Of a DNA stretch of 64,000 nucleotides, positions 20,334 through 45,695 are shown in pieces. The translations under genes were made by a program, and so were the position numbers. Every line of letters begins with the position of its first letter. The first letter of the stretch is position 1. The notes beneath the pieces were generated by a model. That model saw only the letters and a list, made by a program, of their open reading frames with translations. It ran no database searches and was not told the origin of the DNA. Origin of the DNA: Tubiluchus corallicola (taxonomy: Eukaryota; Animalia; Priapulida); contig JAQGDQ010000112.1 in assembly GCA_030141605.1 (NCBI GenBank), positions 310,001 through 374,000 of the forward strand, given 5' to 3'.

Positions 20334-20907
20334 TGAAGCAGAATTTATGCCTCAACTAAATAGTGTGTGTGATTATAAAACTTGTGAGTATTGAATAAAT
20401 AATTTTATGATTGTGTGGAAATAGTTGCAAAATGTCTGTGCAAAATAGGCCTACAGTCAGTCTAAATTTGAGGTTAACTATAATAAGATATAGTTGTGAT
20501 CTCTTCCACCAATGTCCAGCCAAGCAAAACTCATTAACTTGTGTGTAGCTGTTGTTGTACTCTCTAAATTTTTGTTTACAGTAAATTTAGTTTCTGAACT
20601 TATGTGCACAATTCAAGGTAGATTAATTTTAATGATTTTTAGTTTATTACTTGTTGATTTTGATGAAATATTTTACTGTAATTCTGGAAGTAGAGTTGTT
20701 TGGTAGAATGAATTTGGTGGTGGTACAAATAAAAATATTACCACCATTGCTGAACTAGTGGCTCGGTAGTATCTACTTTTTTGCTGGATTACAGCTGCAT
20801 TTACCTATGTAAGTTTGTTACTTGAGAGTGCATTTCTTTTATTTTAGAGTTCTGCTTGCCCATCATGTCAATATTAAACATAATGAGTAAATAATAGTTG
20901 TGATTAT

Positions 20908-22092
20908 TTACGCTTCTGGAAAAAACAGAAGTCGTCTTCTGATACTGTTTTATTTTAGTAACAATAAAAACAATAAAATTTTTACAAGTTAATTACATTA
21001 AACAATAAAAAAGAAAAAGAGTAATCCAAGTACAAAAACACATCATAAGTAATTACTATGTGCATGTCAAAAGCAGTTATACGATTTATACAACGATGTA
21101 CACTTAGATTGTCAATAAAACAAGCTACATAATCAAGAGAAGTTTACAAACAATTAGCAAAACTTGAATCAGCATTGGACAAGAATCAATTCAATAACGA
21201 CATAAATCATGTCTTTTCATTTGTCCATAGCGGCTCTACTTTTGCTTAATTGCTGGCCATTTGGTAACAGCTCTAGCTTTCTGACTGTAGTTGCTTTAGG
21301 GTTTGGCAGCATGACGGATGCAAGGCGAGGCAGTGTTGTGACAAACTGCAAAAAATGATCCTAAGCTGAACATCATTGCAAAAATACTACAAGTGTCTGC
21401 CTTACAATTAGCTTAAATTTCAAGTCATTCTACTCTTGTTTATTTACTTATACTGCACAACAACATTACCTAATTACCACACACATGCACATTCATGCAC
21501 ACACACACACGACACAAAGTCTGATACGTTCCATCAGAAAACATTTCCTGTGATATCGTGGATGTTGTTGAGGTCACCGAATTTTGACGTACTACTAGTA
21601 AAGGCTGAGTGGAAGGAACTACACCATGCATTGATAGAACAGTTAGTAATCTATTTATAATTTTGCATCAAAGAAACAACAAAGTTCGATGAATATCATC
21701 ATAATTATGTTGTGACGTCTACTAACATAATTCTCATTTACATATTGTATATTATGAAGTGATAACCTAAATAAGCACATCATGATTTGACTCATTTTTT
21801 ATTGCTTTCATTTGCAAATATATACAGGTGAAACGGCAATGGACATCAAATACTAATAACACTTTTCAAGAACAAACTGTAGGTAAAAACATTCACTCTG
21901 ATGCGTTAAAGAAAATTAAAAGTTTAGTTTAGTCTTAATTTATTTTATTCCATTTACCATAACAAAATGATTCACAAATATGGTGAAAATACAAAATACC
22001 AAATTAAAATAAGCAAGCATGGTATTTTGCTCAAAAGCAAATTTTAATCTTGCTTTCGGCAGTAATGTATCTGGGAAATGAAAAGAATGATG
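20908..22092. repeat. ~1.2 kb segment, copy 2 (diverged copy of ~8000-9305)
   Basis: Same orientation and colinear with 8000-9305, with indels. Confidence 0.9.
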
Positions 22093-22246
22093 TAAAGTAA
22101 ATAATTGTTTATTTATTATTGTTTACATTATAAAAGTAGCAACAATGCTTAGTTGTTTTTAAATTATAGCAAGTGAGTAGTAATACGAAATATAACAATA
22201 TGTTGATGAGCTTTTGCGATAACCTGACTGCAGTAATTTTATAGCT

Positions 22247-22612
22247 CGTCACCATGTTCTTGACCATTATACTTGGCCAGGGGCACGTTCTACCATAAAA
22301 AGGGGTATGTACTTCGTGTCAGAAAATGAGCCGTATATTGAACAGAGTGCTAAACTTAAGCCACTTCCTATCACTGAAAACCCGTACGTTTCCACAGTTG
22401 AATATTGACATAATTGGCCCTCTCCAAAAAACAAAGCATGGAGACAGATATGCTTTTACAATAATTGACAAACAACCCCTTTTTCAGATTGTTACCCAGT
22501 GAACAACTAAACAGCATCTTCTGTATATAGAGGATCCTCTTAGTACATGTGTAGACATGGAATTCCCAAAAAGATCCATTGTGATCAATGAACTGTTCAA
22601 ATCTACGCTTAT
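22247..22612 (+). mobile_element. Ty3/Gypsy-type integrase relic
   Basis: Fragments HYTWPG, FPQLNIDIIGPLQKTKHGDRYAFTIID and YMCRHGIPKKIHCDQ correspond to the integrase zinc-binding linker and first two catalytic Asp regions; interrupted by stops and frameshifts. Confidence 0.8.
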
Positions 22613-24379
22613 CAAGGATCTCGAGGATGCCATACACAGCATTGGACGGCATGCCATTCTTGGTATGTGTCATTCAGTCAAGTATATGGAGATGGAGCGG
22701 GAGAGGGAGGAGTGGTTTCAATTGTTTGTTATTAGGAGGTGGTCTTAAGTGTCATTAGTGGCTCGTGGCACTCTATAGAGAAAGTTCCAAAATTTCGTGC
22801 GACTTGCATGGTACACTTTTCAAATCATTGTGTCATATTTTTGTAAAAGTGCCTTTGTTTTACAACTGTAATGCAGTTGCTTAACATGGTACAAAAAGGC
22901 GATTATTATTGATTTTTGATGCCTTAAGCCTCTAACATTTTTGAGAATCATATTGCACTTTTCTGCCATAGGAGGTGGCAGTAAAACGTCTAAATAAATT
23001 TGTTAAATTAAACTACTCACGCGCGTGCGTATAGAGCTTTGTGGGATACTTTGCTAAGGCAACCGCAATAACGCTCAAGTGGCGGTGTAATTATAAGCAT
23101 GACTGTTTTATGAAATCACCAATTTAGATACTTTGGTGAGTAATTTAAATTAAAAAATTGTAATGGACTATTTCTAATTCTGAAAAATACCGATCTAGTG
23201 AGGTGCCTATTTGAATCGTCTGACAGTGTGCCTGCAAAAATTGGACAACGTGATAATGTCTGTTGATCATAATAATTTTAATAATTAATATGATTATTGT
23301 TAACTAAAACGATTAACTTGGCTGAATTATAGCAGACTTAGCTGGTGTCTGTTAAGCTATAATATATAGTCCAAACAGTTACTTGTATTTAAACTTTTCT
23401 CCACATTACCTCATTGACTCCTTTACAACGACGACGTATATTTGTGTAGTTTTGACATCCCTGCACAAAATGCCCATAATGGCCTAATTAATTGCATAGA
23501 ATAATACTAATAGTGTAAAACTACATATTTTCTGAAAGAGAATTAAATTTTCTTTCTAACACTGTAAATTAATTTTCACAGAATTTTCGATTCAAAACCT
23601 AGTTTTAATTACCAAGTGGTGGCTTGTATCAAAAAGTGTTCCACACAAAAACTGTAGAGTGCTGTTTTGTGCACATGATTTTGCAAAAAGTATTCAATCA
23701 CTCTAACAGTGTAAATTTATATCAGTTCAAAGGCACCAAGGTGTTATGATATTTGTACAGGAATGTAAACACTTGCTGCAGGTGAGTCTGCCCTGCGTTG
23801 GATGCTGCTAATTATAATGACAGGCTTGTACGCTGTTGTCGTGACACCCGGGTTCCCCAGCCAACCGTTCTGTGCATATAGCGCACATTAATTTACTTGT
23901 TGATTTATTCAGGTACTGAGTTTGTTTACTTGCAATGAATTTTGCACTGGTTGAAGATGAAGTCTGGCAGTGTACTTATTGCTAGCAAGTGAAAAGTACA
24001 GAAATTATTGTACTATATGTATCTAACAGCCAAGTTACTGTCCCATCTGCACAATAACTGTAATAGCCAGTGTAAAGTCACTAATAGGAAACATCAAAAC
24101 TGCACAGATTTAGGCAATATAAACTATTTTATTGGAAACAGTAAAGAAGTTTCATAGCAACAGACTCGTCAACCAGAGGTGGTAATGTTACAGCTAGCTT
24201 ACAACATGGAAGTCCAGATTGGGCAGAGGCTAACAGTTAAGTAGTAATACCTACGTCACAAGTAGGATGTAACCAATGTGACGGAGGGCAGTGTTGGCAC
24301 AATTGAAGTCATAGTACTCTTACGCTAGTCTGATCAAACTGTGAAATCATTCCAAATTTGGAAAAAAGACATAAAATGA

Positions 24380-25200
24380 CAGCATTTTTTTTACGTAATA
24401 ATGTTACACAAATAAGTGCATGAAAATAAGATGGTGCTCTTTTGAGACTTGCCATGGTCATGATCGTAAAAGAAGATGTCTGCCATGAATTGTACATCGG
24501 GCATCCCAAACGACCTGTTAGAGATCGCTTCATGGAGCATATACGAAACTGTAAAAACCACACTGCTGCTTCCCCATAGGGAGAACATTATAAAAACTTT
24601 AAATCTTTACCATCACCCTCTTTTAATGCATCCATTTTATTTGGAGCCAAAGATCATGTAGAAAGATTATTGGTTGAAGCAGAACTGATTAAAAAATACA
24701 AACCATTGATAAGGGTTGATAAGGGTTGGCAACTTTTCAATTAAATTTTGAATTTAAATTAAATAAATTATGTATATTTTACATATTGGTAAACTTTATA
24801 ATTATATCTCACACCAGTTTTATTCAACATTTGTTCACCTAATGCACCATAGACACTTGCAAACTTATGATTAAGAGATTTGGTACAATTCTGGCCTTTA
24901 ACACACCTTAAACTTTTATCTCTGGTCATCTGTTTCTGTTTATAAAGGCAATAGGCGCACATTTGGCTATCTTTCAAGATCTTAGCTATATCTACTGTAT
25001 GTCAGGTGTGTTTATCAGTTTAATTTTCATTTTCTTTTCTTAATTAGTAAGTTTACTGTTTCTTTTAATTAAGTTTTTAATTCAGCCTATTCATGCATTG
25101 TACACCTTTATTTTATATGTATTTTAATCTGAAAGTTTTTATTATTGTATCTTTCTGTACAGCTGATGAAGTCTAAGAGGACAGAAGTTCCTGAAGAAAA
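24380..25200 (+). mobile_element. Penelope-like retroelement 3' relic (GIY-YIG endonuclease + 3' region with decayed hammerhead-like motif)
   Basis: From 24481 CHELYIGHPKRPVRDRFMEHIRN..GEHY, then AKDHVERLLVEAELIKKYKPLIRVDKGWQLFN* (stop 24742-24744), the typical PLE GIY-YIG terminus. CTGATGA at 25163. Confidence 0.8.
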
Positions 25201-28034
25201 TAAGGAGTTTTTGAGATTTATGGGACTTTCTTTTACAAATAAATGCATACTAATTATAGTGAAATAAACTTTATATTCTCCAGGCACTGTCAGATGAATT
25301 ACCGTTCAAAACATTTCACTGTCTTTAGTACGAAATATAAGAGCTTGGATTTTAATCGCTCTAATAAGGTTTTCAGAGAGGCTGTTATCAGTATTATGTA
25401 AACGAAACACCAAGTCTGCTTACAGCTGCTGTTAAGTTCTGTGAATACATGCCACGGCACAACAAAAATTACAATAGTAAGCTAATAATTAGCCTGAGCT
25501 CAACATTGCTTGTTCCCTGACTTGCTGTAGAAGCGCACAGTAAAATTTTCATCCATTAGTTTGCAAAGAACTTGTTCAAACATTGAAAATGCAGAAAACA
25601 ACAGAACTTATTTAATTCTTATATGATTTACTTGTATGTTAGCTGTTTCTTTTCCAAATTTCATTAAATTGGGAGAGTATAAAGTTTAGTTAATAAGGCT
25701 TTGTTTTTATCTGTCACAGATTGCAAAATGTTCACATAGATGCTTTATTCTTCACAAAAGAGCTGATTGTCACAATGGAAACTTATATCACAAACAGAAA
25801 AGGAACCTACGTTGATGTGATTCTAACAGTGACGAAAATTGGAAACTGGTACGGTGTTCACTTGTCTAAATGCTTCATTAATTTTATTTTCACTTTGTTT
25901 TTGCATAAATTTGCATAATTACATTTGCTATAATTGCTATCAATTTAATTTTGATTTATTTTCTTTTTATATTCTTTATTTTGTCCTAATGATATTTGCT
26001 TGCCATGCAGAAATTAGTAGACTCGCTATTTAGGGATGGCAAACTAGATGATTATTTGATCAATCGCCATCCTGCCGGTCTGATTTTGAAGGCAAATTTT
26101 TGTATTCTATTCTACATGACAAATGCTATCTATAAAAGAGTTCAGAAGGCCTATATAAAAGCCTCAGAAGTTAGTTTTTACACCGGTGGGCAAAAATCAA
26201 ACTCGGGTATTCTTTTCCTTATACCTGCCGGTACCCGGATATCCGATTGTTAAGATTCAGTGGCAGTGAATAAATTGTAATAATTTGTTTTTGCAAATAA
26301 AAACAAAAACAACTACTGGTGCATTTCGATTAACTGTATTGTCTTAGCAATAAATAGTCAGTTATCACACACAGGCTATGGTCACAAAAGTTAGTGTTTT
26401 GCCACCACGCCACCTTATCTCCCAGACTTGTTAAATACTTGTACTGCACTCTTCATCAGTGAATCAGCTGCAGCATAGGAATTATAGTAATACATTATGG
26501 TTTTTGTGTGTTGTTAAGCTTAACAGTCCATTCGTTGGTATCATTGTTAGTGACCTAAAAGCTTTTTAAATGTTAATGAACCATTTCGTTTAAACAATTA
26601 ACATTTTTGTAAAGAAATTACAGCTTGGTTTAAACTGTATTTATTAGTACACAACAAAAATTGGAACAATACATACGTGAAGAGGTGAAATCTTATAACT
26701 GTACTAAGTGATTGGCTAACAGGTCTATAAAAAAGAACCTATGTAAAAGCCTCTCACATGCAGATAGTCACAGTATTAGAAATTATTAAGAAATATGATA
26801 TAACTTTAGATATTGGTGGTAAAACAATTACAGTTTGTTTAGCTAATGTTTCATAGATCACCATTTCATCAACGATGGTTTAATCTGCTGTGTGCTTGAG
26901 ACTGATATAGATAATATAATCCCCACTGGCCTGCTAATGTTGAAATACACTATTATACAATAGTTCAGAATAATAATGACTAATAATTTAGTAATTTTAG
27001 AGAAAGTTTCTTATTATTAAGTGCAGGCTGCCCGTATGGCACTGCAGGTGTTAATATTTTCCTAACAGGTATCTGTTCATTCTGTTGTACTGTACTGTCA
27101 GTACAAATGCACTGCTAAAAGTCTCATTTAAATTTTAAATGAATGCTTAAACAATGGATATCCTATTAATAATATTGTCTGCATTTTCATTGTCGGAACC
27201 AAGTACAAATATCAGACTCCAGGAATAAACCATGTGGGTAAGTACTCGAGTACTCGATGGAAACACTATCAGTTTAAATCTGCATCTTTGCATATATATA
27301 TATATATATATATATATAGCCAAAATTATGATGTGTCCCTGAGCATAGCTAGCATATCACAATTTAGTTGTGACAACCTGGAAGATAGTGCATTTTTACT
27401 CACATAGAAGTAGCCATTTTATGTTTATGTGCTACACTGCTAATACATATGTATACATATTATAATGTATCTATCAGTTACGCTGCTAATATACATGTAC
27501 ACATATGATAATATATCTATCAGTTTCATATCAGATAATCCAGTGTGACCAAAAATGTTGCTTAACATCCCTCTGATTAAAATAGGGTATACACTCGGCC
27601 AAAAAATGTGCTGTAGATTACAACTCATGGAGAATTATAATACATTATGATATCCGTAAGTATAGCTAGCACATCACAATTAAAGAAGCTTGTTAGTATC
27701 ATAATGTCTGAATCTAACTAGCTTATTGTAAAAACAATATACAGCCTATTTTGTTTTTACTTAACGAACACCATATATTTGTAAAAATGTATTGCATGCA
27801 GTTTTTGTAATGTATCCTCCATACAAAAAGATGATAGAGATTTAAAATAATTTTGAGTTTAAATTTGAATTTTACTCCAGTTTGATACATATTGGCTTAG
27901 TGCATTTTATAAAATTCGTGTTTACTTTTTATACCTTTGCTTTTTATTTTTTATAATTTTAGTTGATATTTGTAGGATGTCTGTGATGTTTTTAATATAA
28001 CAAAGTTACTGAAAAGTCCAGCTGAAACTCCAAA

Positions 28035-34173
<6,139 letters not shown>

Positions 34174-37033
34174 AGGAGAATTTACACTTCAGTCTACATA
34201 GCATTTGTCTGATTTATAGCCAAATTAACGAGTGATGCCATAGTTTTACTCCTTTCTTATATTTTAGTTTATATTTTACCAATTTTTATAGTTTTATGCT
34301 TTGTATTTTTTATAGTTTTACACTTTCTTGTATTTTGTTTCTTTTACAATACAATCAAACTGTGAGTTTTTATGTTCGACATGGAAAGTAAATGCTCTTT
34401 GCAATTGCTTTTGATTAGTATATGTATGACCTTTACTGTTCTTTATGTACATGATGTACCGTCAGCACTTGAAAAAGCATTATTACATATTCTAGTTAAT
34501 AATTGCATTTATCCATTCTTATATATGACAATTATGATAAAAATGTCTTTTTTGAGAGCATTCCTGACAATTAGTGCATGTGCACACTTGAAGAACTAAT
34601 AAATTGAAGATTGTGTCTCATATAGTTGGTAACTGTGGATAATTTAAGTGATGACAGTTCTGTGGCCATCTGTGATAATAAACTATTTTGTATTTACATT
34701 AGTCTTCAGTTATAATCATGATGGACATATTCTTATAATAAATAGTTGATGCATTATTTATTCATAATATTTTTATTCAGAATAAGATTTTGAAATTAAA
34801 CGGAAAGTGTCTATTAGCCTAGTTAAACTATAACTGTAGACACAGGGTGAAAAAAGTAAAATCAATTTTGCATTCCATGTGCTCATTTTGCAAAATTTTT
34901 ATTACATGTACTATAGGTGTACTGCACTACTTAAGTCTTCATAGAATGTTAATGTGCAAACTAGTCACGACATTAAATGTTTTTATTCAAATCAGAAGTT
35001 CAAAAAGAGCTGAAAATGAACATTTCTTGACTAGCCATCCTTGAAAGTAAAAGTTGCGAAGTAAGAGAAATTTATTTTTTTGATAAAAAAATAAAATGAA
35101 AAAGCAATAATAAATTGATTAAAAACAAATAATAACCTAAAAAATTTTGATAATTGAACTAAGTTCCACAATTCTTGGATTAGATCAATAGTAATTAACT
35201 AAAGTACAAATAACAGAATTGACACAAAATACAATTTCGCTACAATTAATGTGAGTGTAGGTCAAAGAAGTAAACAAAATTATGGAAATTATAAAAAGAT
35301 AACACAAACAACCAACAATTTAAAAATAAAGCTAAATTAAAACACCAGAAATCTAATTTAGATCAACTGTTAGTATCAGGCAGCTATACAGAGAACAAAT
35401 AAAGGGAATGCACTTCAGTTTTAACTCATGTGAGCATAAAGAATATAAATGACTATTATGGCATTTTATGAAGCGTGCAAATCATTTTTTCACGTGTTTG
35501 AAATAAAAAATCATTGAACTCATAACACATAGCTAAAAACTTAATTAACATTTGATCATGATGATTCCCCGTATTGAAAATTGAGAACGAAATGGAATGA
35601 AAATGCAGATGACGTATCGTACAGCGTGTCAAGTTTAAACGAATTATTTGCCTAAACATAAACAATTACACTTTAATTCTGCTCTTTACGTATTTAGTAT
35701 TGACCAAAAGAAGGCTAAGTCTGCGGTATTAGTTCCTGATTAAACACATCGTAGAATCCGTAATGTCAGTTTTTGCGCTACCTTAATTTTGGTTTAGTAC
35801 CGGTAATCATAAAACCCGGCCTGAATGCTGCATTATCATGATAGTTTTATTTTCAGCTTAAAAGTTTGTGTAGTTTTTTGTATTTAATTGTTATTTGAGT
35901 GATTCGAACGAGACATCAGTCAAAAAATTATTTTCACTCTGAAGCCTCTTTTCGTCAATAAATAGTCAAAACTGCTATACATTGCTAAGCAAGTCATTTG
36001 TCTCCGGGGAGTTTGGCATTTTTCCGAATGCCAGATATATTAGGATAAACTAAAACAATTTTCAATAGCCATATTTGCATGCTTGTGATGTTTTATTAAG
36101 AGAGTTTGAGAGACAACTTTAGAAAGCAAACAAAATGTAAAACGTCAGAGAGAAAACGTGTGATAAAACGATTAACAGAGGTTTAAGAAGAGAAACGACT
36201 GTGGGCAAAAGGCGTACTTATGGGCTTCGTCCTGCCGATCTACGGTAATTACTTGCTGATTGAAGAATAATAAAAATTCTTGTATTTCAAAAAATAAAGA
36301 TTTCAAATAACACGATATCGTGCAATTGTTTTTTGGGTTGTTCTCCGTGTAAGCAACAAATTGCGAGATACTATAATGTTAAACTCGTCACGTCAAACAT
36401 AAATATAGTGACAATGAATAAACCAAGTACTCGTGAAAATTAATAGTATTAAATGAGGGACAATCAGAAAGAAAATTTCAATTTCCCACCTTTTGTAAGC
36501 AGTTCACGTATTTGACTGTTTGAGTGACGTAGTAGTTTAACCCTTGCTTTTCAAGCTCGGAAACCTCTAATAAGTTGCACTTTTGCAATAAAGGGCTCAA
36601 AAGCATGTTTAGGATTTGTTTTGTATAGAACTTTAGGAATCAGTTACTCCGTTGGCTATTTTAACTGGAAAAAAAGCATAGGTCACGACCCCAAATGGGG
36701 TTGCAGGCTAGTCCAAAAACTATTTTAAAAAAAAATGCTCTTTTCATGAAAAGTATGTAAATAGGTCTTGTTTCCTCATATTTTGTTCTGGAAAGTGAAA
36801 CAGAGTTTTCTCGCTCTAACTGTGGTATTATAGTGCTTGATTTTCCGGGAAAATGTTCTGTACAGTGTTCACCGCAAACAAAAACTAATTTTTTCTTATA
36901 TAATATTAGTTTGCGTTGTAGTAGAGCTAGTCCTGAGGCTGTTAGTTTTATTTTAAAAGAACAAGTTCCTTGCTGCATTTCCAAAAAGGCTCGAAAAAAA
37001 TGTGATGCACATAATGTTTTTGTTTATTTTTAG

Positions 37034-38388
37034 CTACCAAAACACGTTGCTGCAATATTATCAGTAGAGGACGAAAGACATCATTAAGCCTAGCTGAAGC
37101 ATCTGACTGAAATCATATCTGTGTTTAAGTGTTTTCTTATTAATCACATGTGAGTTTTTAATCAGGATACTATCAATTTATTTTTTGGAACAAATATTAT
37201 GCTTTTCATCTGTGGTGATATGGGAACAATGAAAACAGGTCACTGGGGATTTTTTTACATAAATTTTATTGCTACCTTTGTTATACAGTTGTTCACTGAT
37301 CAGACATACCTTGTGTAATTTGTAGTACTTAGTTGTAAAACATATACACTTAACTGAATAAAATTCTTTTTGTTTAACAATTTCAAACTGTCTTTAATAT
37401 CTAAGAAAATACGACATCACATATCTGCTAAAACAGGGGGTGGGCCCTATATACTGCTGAACAATGTTAAATAAAGAAATGATTTTCGTGACGAATTGCC
37501 AGAAAGTGTTATAAGTTTAAATTGAATATTAAGACGATTTACGTCTAATTGAAATAAATTTTCTTGGTATAAGTATAACAATCTTTTTTTCAAGGGCTCA
37601 CTCTGCTGATATTATACAAAGGTCAGTTGAGCATGTAATGTTTTTTAATTTCTCTATGCACATCACATGCACAAGTTGGATTAACGATGTTGCTTGTACC
37701 ATCCGTGCATCTGTCACTGTTAAAATTATCATTCAGTTGCAAAAAGTCTACACTTAATTATGTATGATGTACAGCCTTTGGATATTTGCCATACAAGTAG
37801 AAGTTTGGATGGCAGAAAAAGTTTAAATACTGTTTATATTTTTTGCAAAAACTATCGATTGTATTGATCAGGCTGCTCTGAGGATTAACCACAGAATCAT
37901 GTTCTTGAGTATTTTTTATGAAACAACATATATTTATTGTTTTGTTTACTAAATATTGTTAAGTACTACAAATGCTAATAGTACTTTACTATGAAGCACT
38001 AAAAAGTGAAAACTTAACAAAATATACAGGCTCATTTGCCCTTTATTCTTTTTACTTGTGCATGGAAAAATCCCTTTTAAAATTGAGCCTGAAGACACTG
38101 CTGTTTTCCCCGGTGATGAAGTTGTGCTACCCTGTATGCTAACAGATGATAATGCTAATGCTGGGTCAATACATAATTATACTGTTTCCTGGTATTGGAA
38201 CGATAATAAACTATCTGTAACAACAGAGGAAAACTTTACCTTTGTCGACAGCCAGCCTTTTAAAACTGGTATTTACAGTTTAAAAATTCTTCATGTAAAT
38301 GAGCTCCAGCATAATGGTTCTTATCATTGCAAATTTATTGGCACGTTGTCAAACGCAAATTCAAGTAAAGCCAAAGTAACAGTAGTTG
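37034..38388 (+). pseudogene. IgSF gene B1: leader exon + D1 exon only, truncated by the duplication junction
   Basis: Leader exon 37034-37149 encodes (CTG)KSYLCLSVFLLIT, homologous to A1 MKSYLLISIFLPIT but with CTG in place of ATG. The D1 exon (VHGKIPFKIEPED..VVLPC..VSWYWN..GSYHC..KVTVV) is open, lacks the AG at the homologous acceptor (~38055) and ends in a G|GCAAGT donor at 38388. Confidence 0.7.
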
Positions 38389-39451
38389 GCAAGTAAATAA
38401 TATAGTATTGCATTACAGAGAACCTTTGACATATAATATATATATTTTACATGTAATTGGAACATACTGACATAGAACCTCAATGAGTGCCATAAATTAT
38501 GTTAATCATGTCAAAAAGGGAAAACTGCACTGTTCCAAGGCATTTAATTTACGCTTTGCTGAGGCTACTAAATCATACATTTGGCAATAAAATACTTTTT
38601 CCACCGATACGATATTATCTAAAGCAATACATCCTAAACGTATGACAAGAATACTGTTTACATAGTACAGTCATATATGTGTGCAGGTATGGCCAAACTG
38701 CAAGGCCAAATACTTTGGCTTAACTTTTGACACGAGTCAAAATTATGATGTGTCCCTGAGCATAGCTAGCATATCACAATTTAGTTGTGACAACCTGGAA
38801 GATAGTGCATTTTTACTCACATAGAAGTAGCCATTTTATGTTTATGTGCTACACTGCTAATACATATGTATACATATTATAATGTATCTATCAGTTACGC
38901 TGCTAATATACATGTATACATATGATAATATATCTATCAGTTTCATATCAGATAAGCCAGTGTGACCAAAAATGTTGCTTAACATCCCTCTGATTAAAAT
39001 AGGGTACACACTTGGCCAAAAAATGTGCTGTAGATTACAACTCGTGGAGAATTATAATACATTATGATATCCGTAAGTATAGCTAGCACATCACAATTAA
39101 AGAAGCTGGTTAGTATCATAATGTCTGAATCTAACTAGATTATTGTAAAAACAATATACAGCCTATTCTGTTTTTACTTAACGAACACCATATTTTTGTA
39201 AAAATGTATTGCATGCAGTTTTTGTAATGTATCCTCCATAGAAAAGGATGATAGAGATTTAAAATAATTTTGAGTTTAAATTTGAATTTTACTCCAGTTT
39301 GATACATATTGGCTTAGTGCATTTTATAAAATTCGTGTTTACTTTTTATACCTTTGCTTTTTATTTTTTATAATTTTAGTTGATATTTGTAGGATGTCTG
39401 TGATGTTTTTAATATAACAAAGTTACTGAAAAGTCCAGCTGAAACTCCAAA

Positions 39452-45695
<6,244 letters not shown>

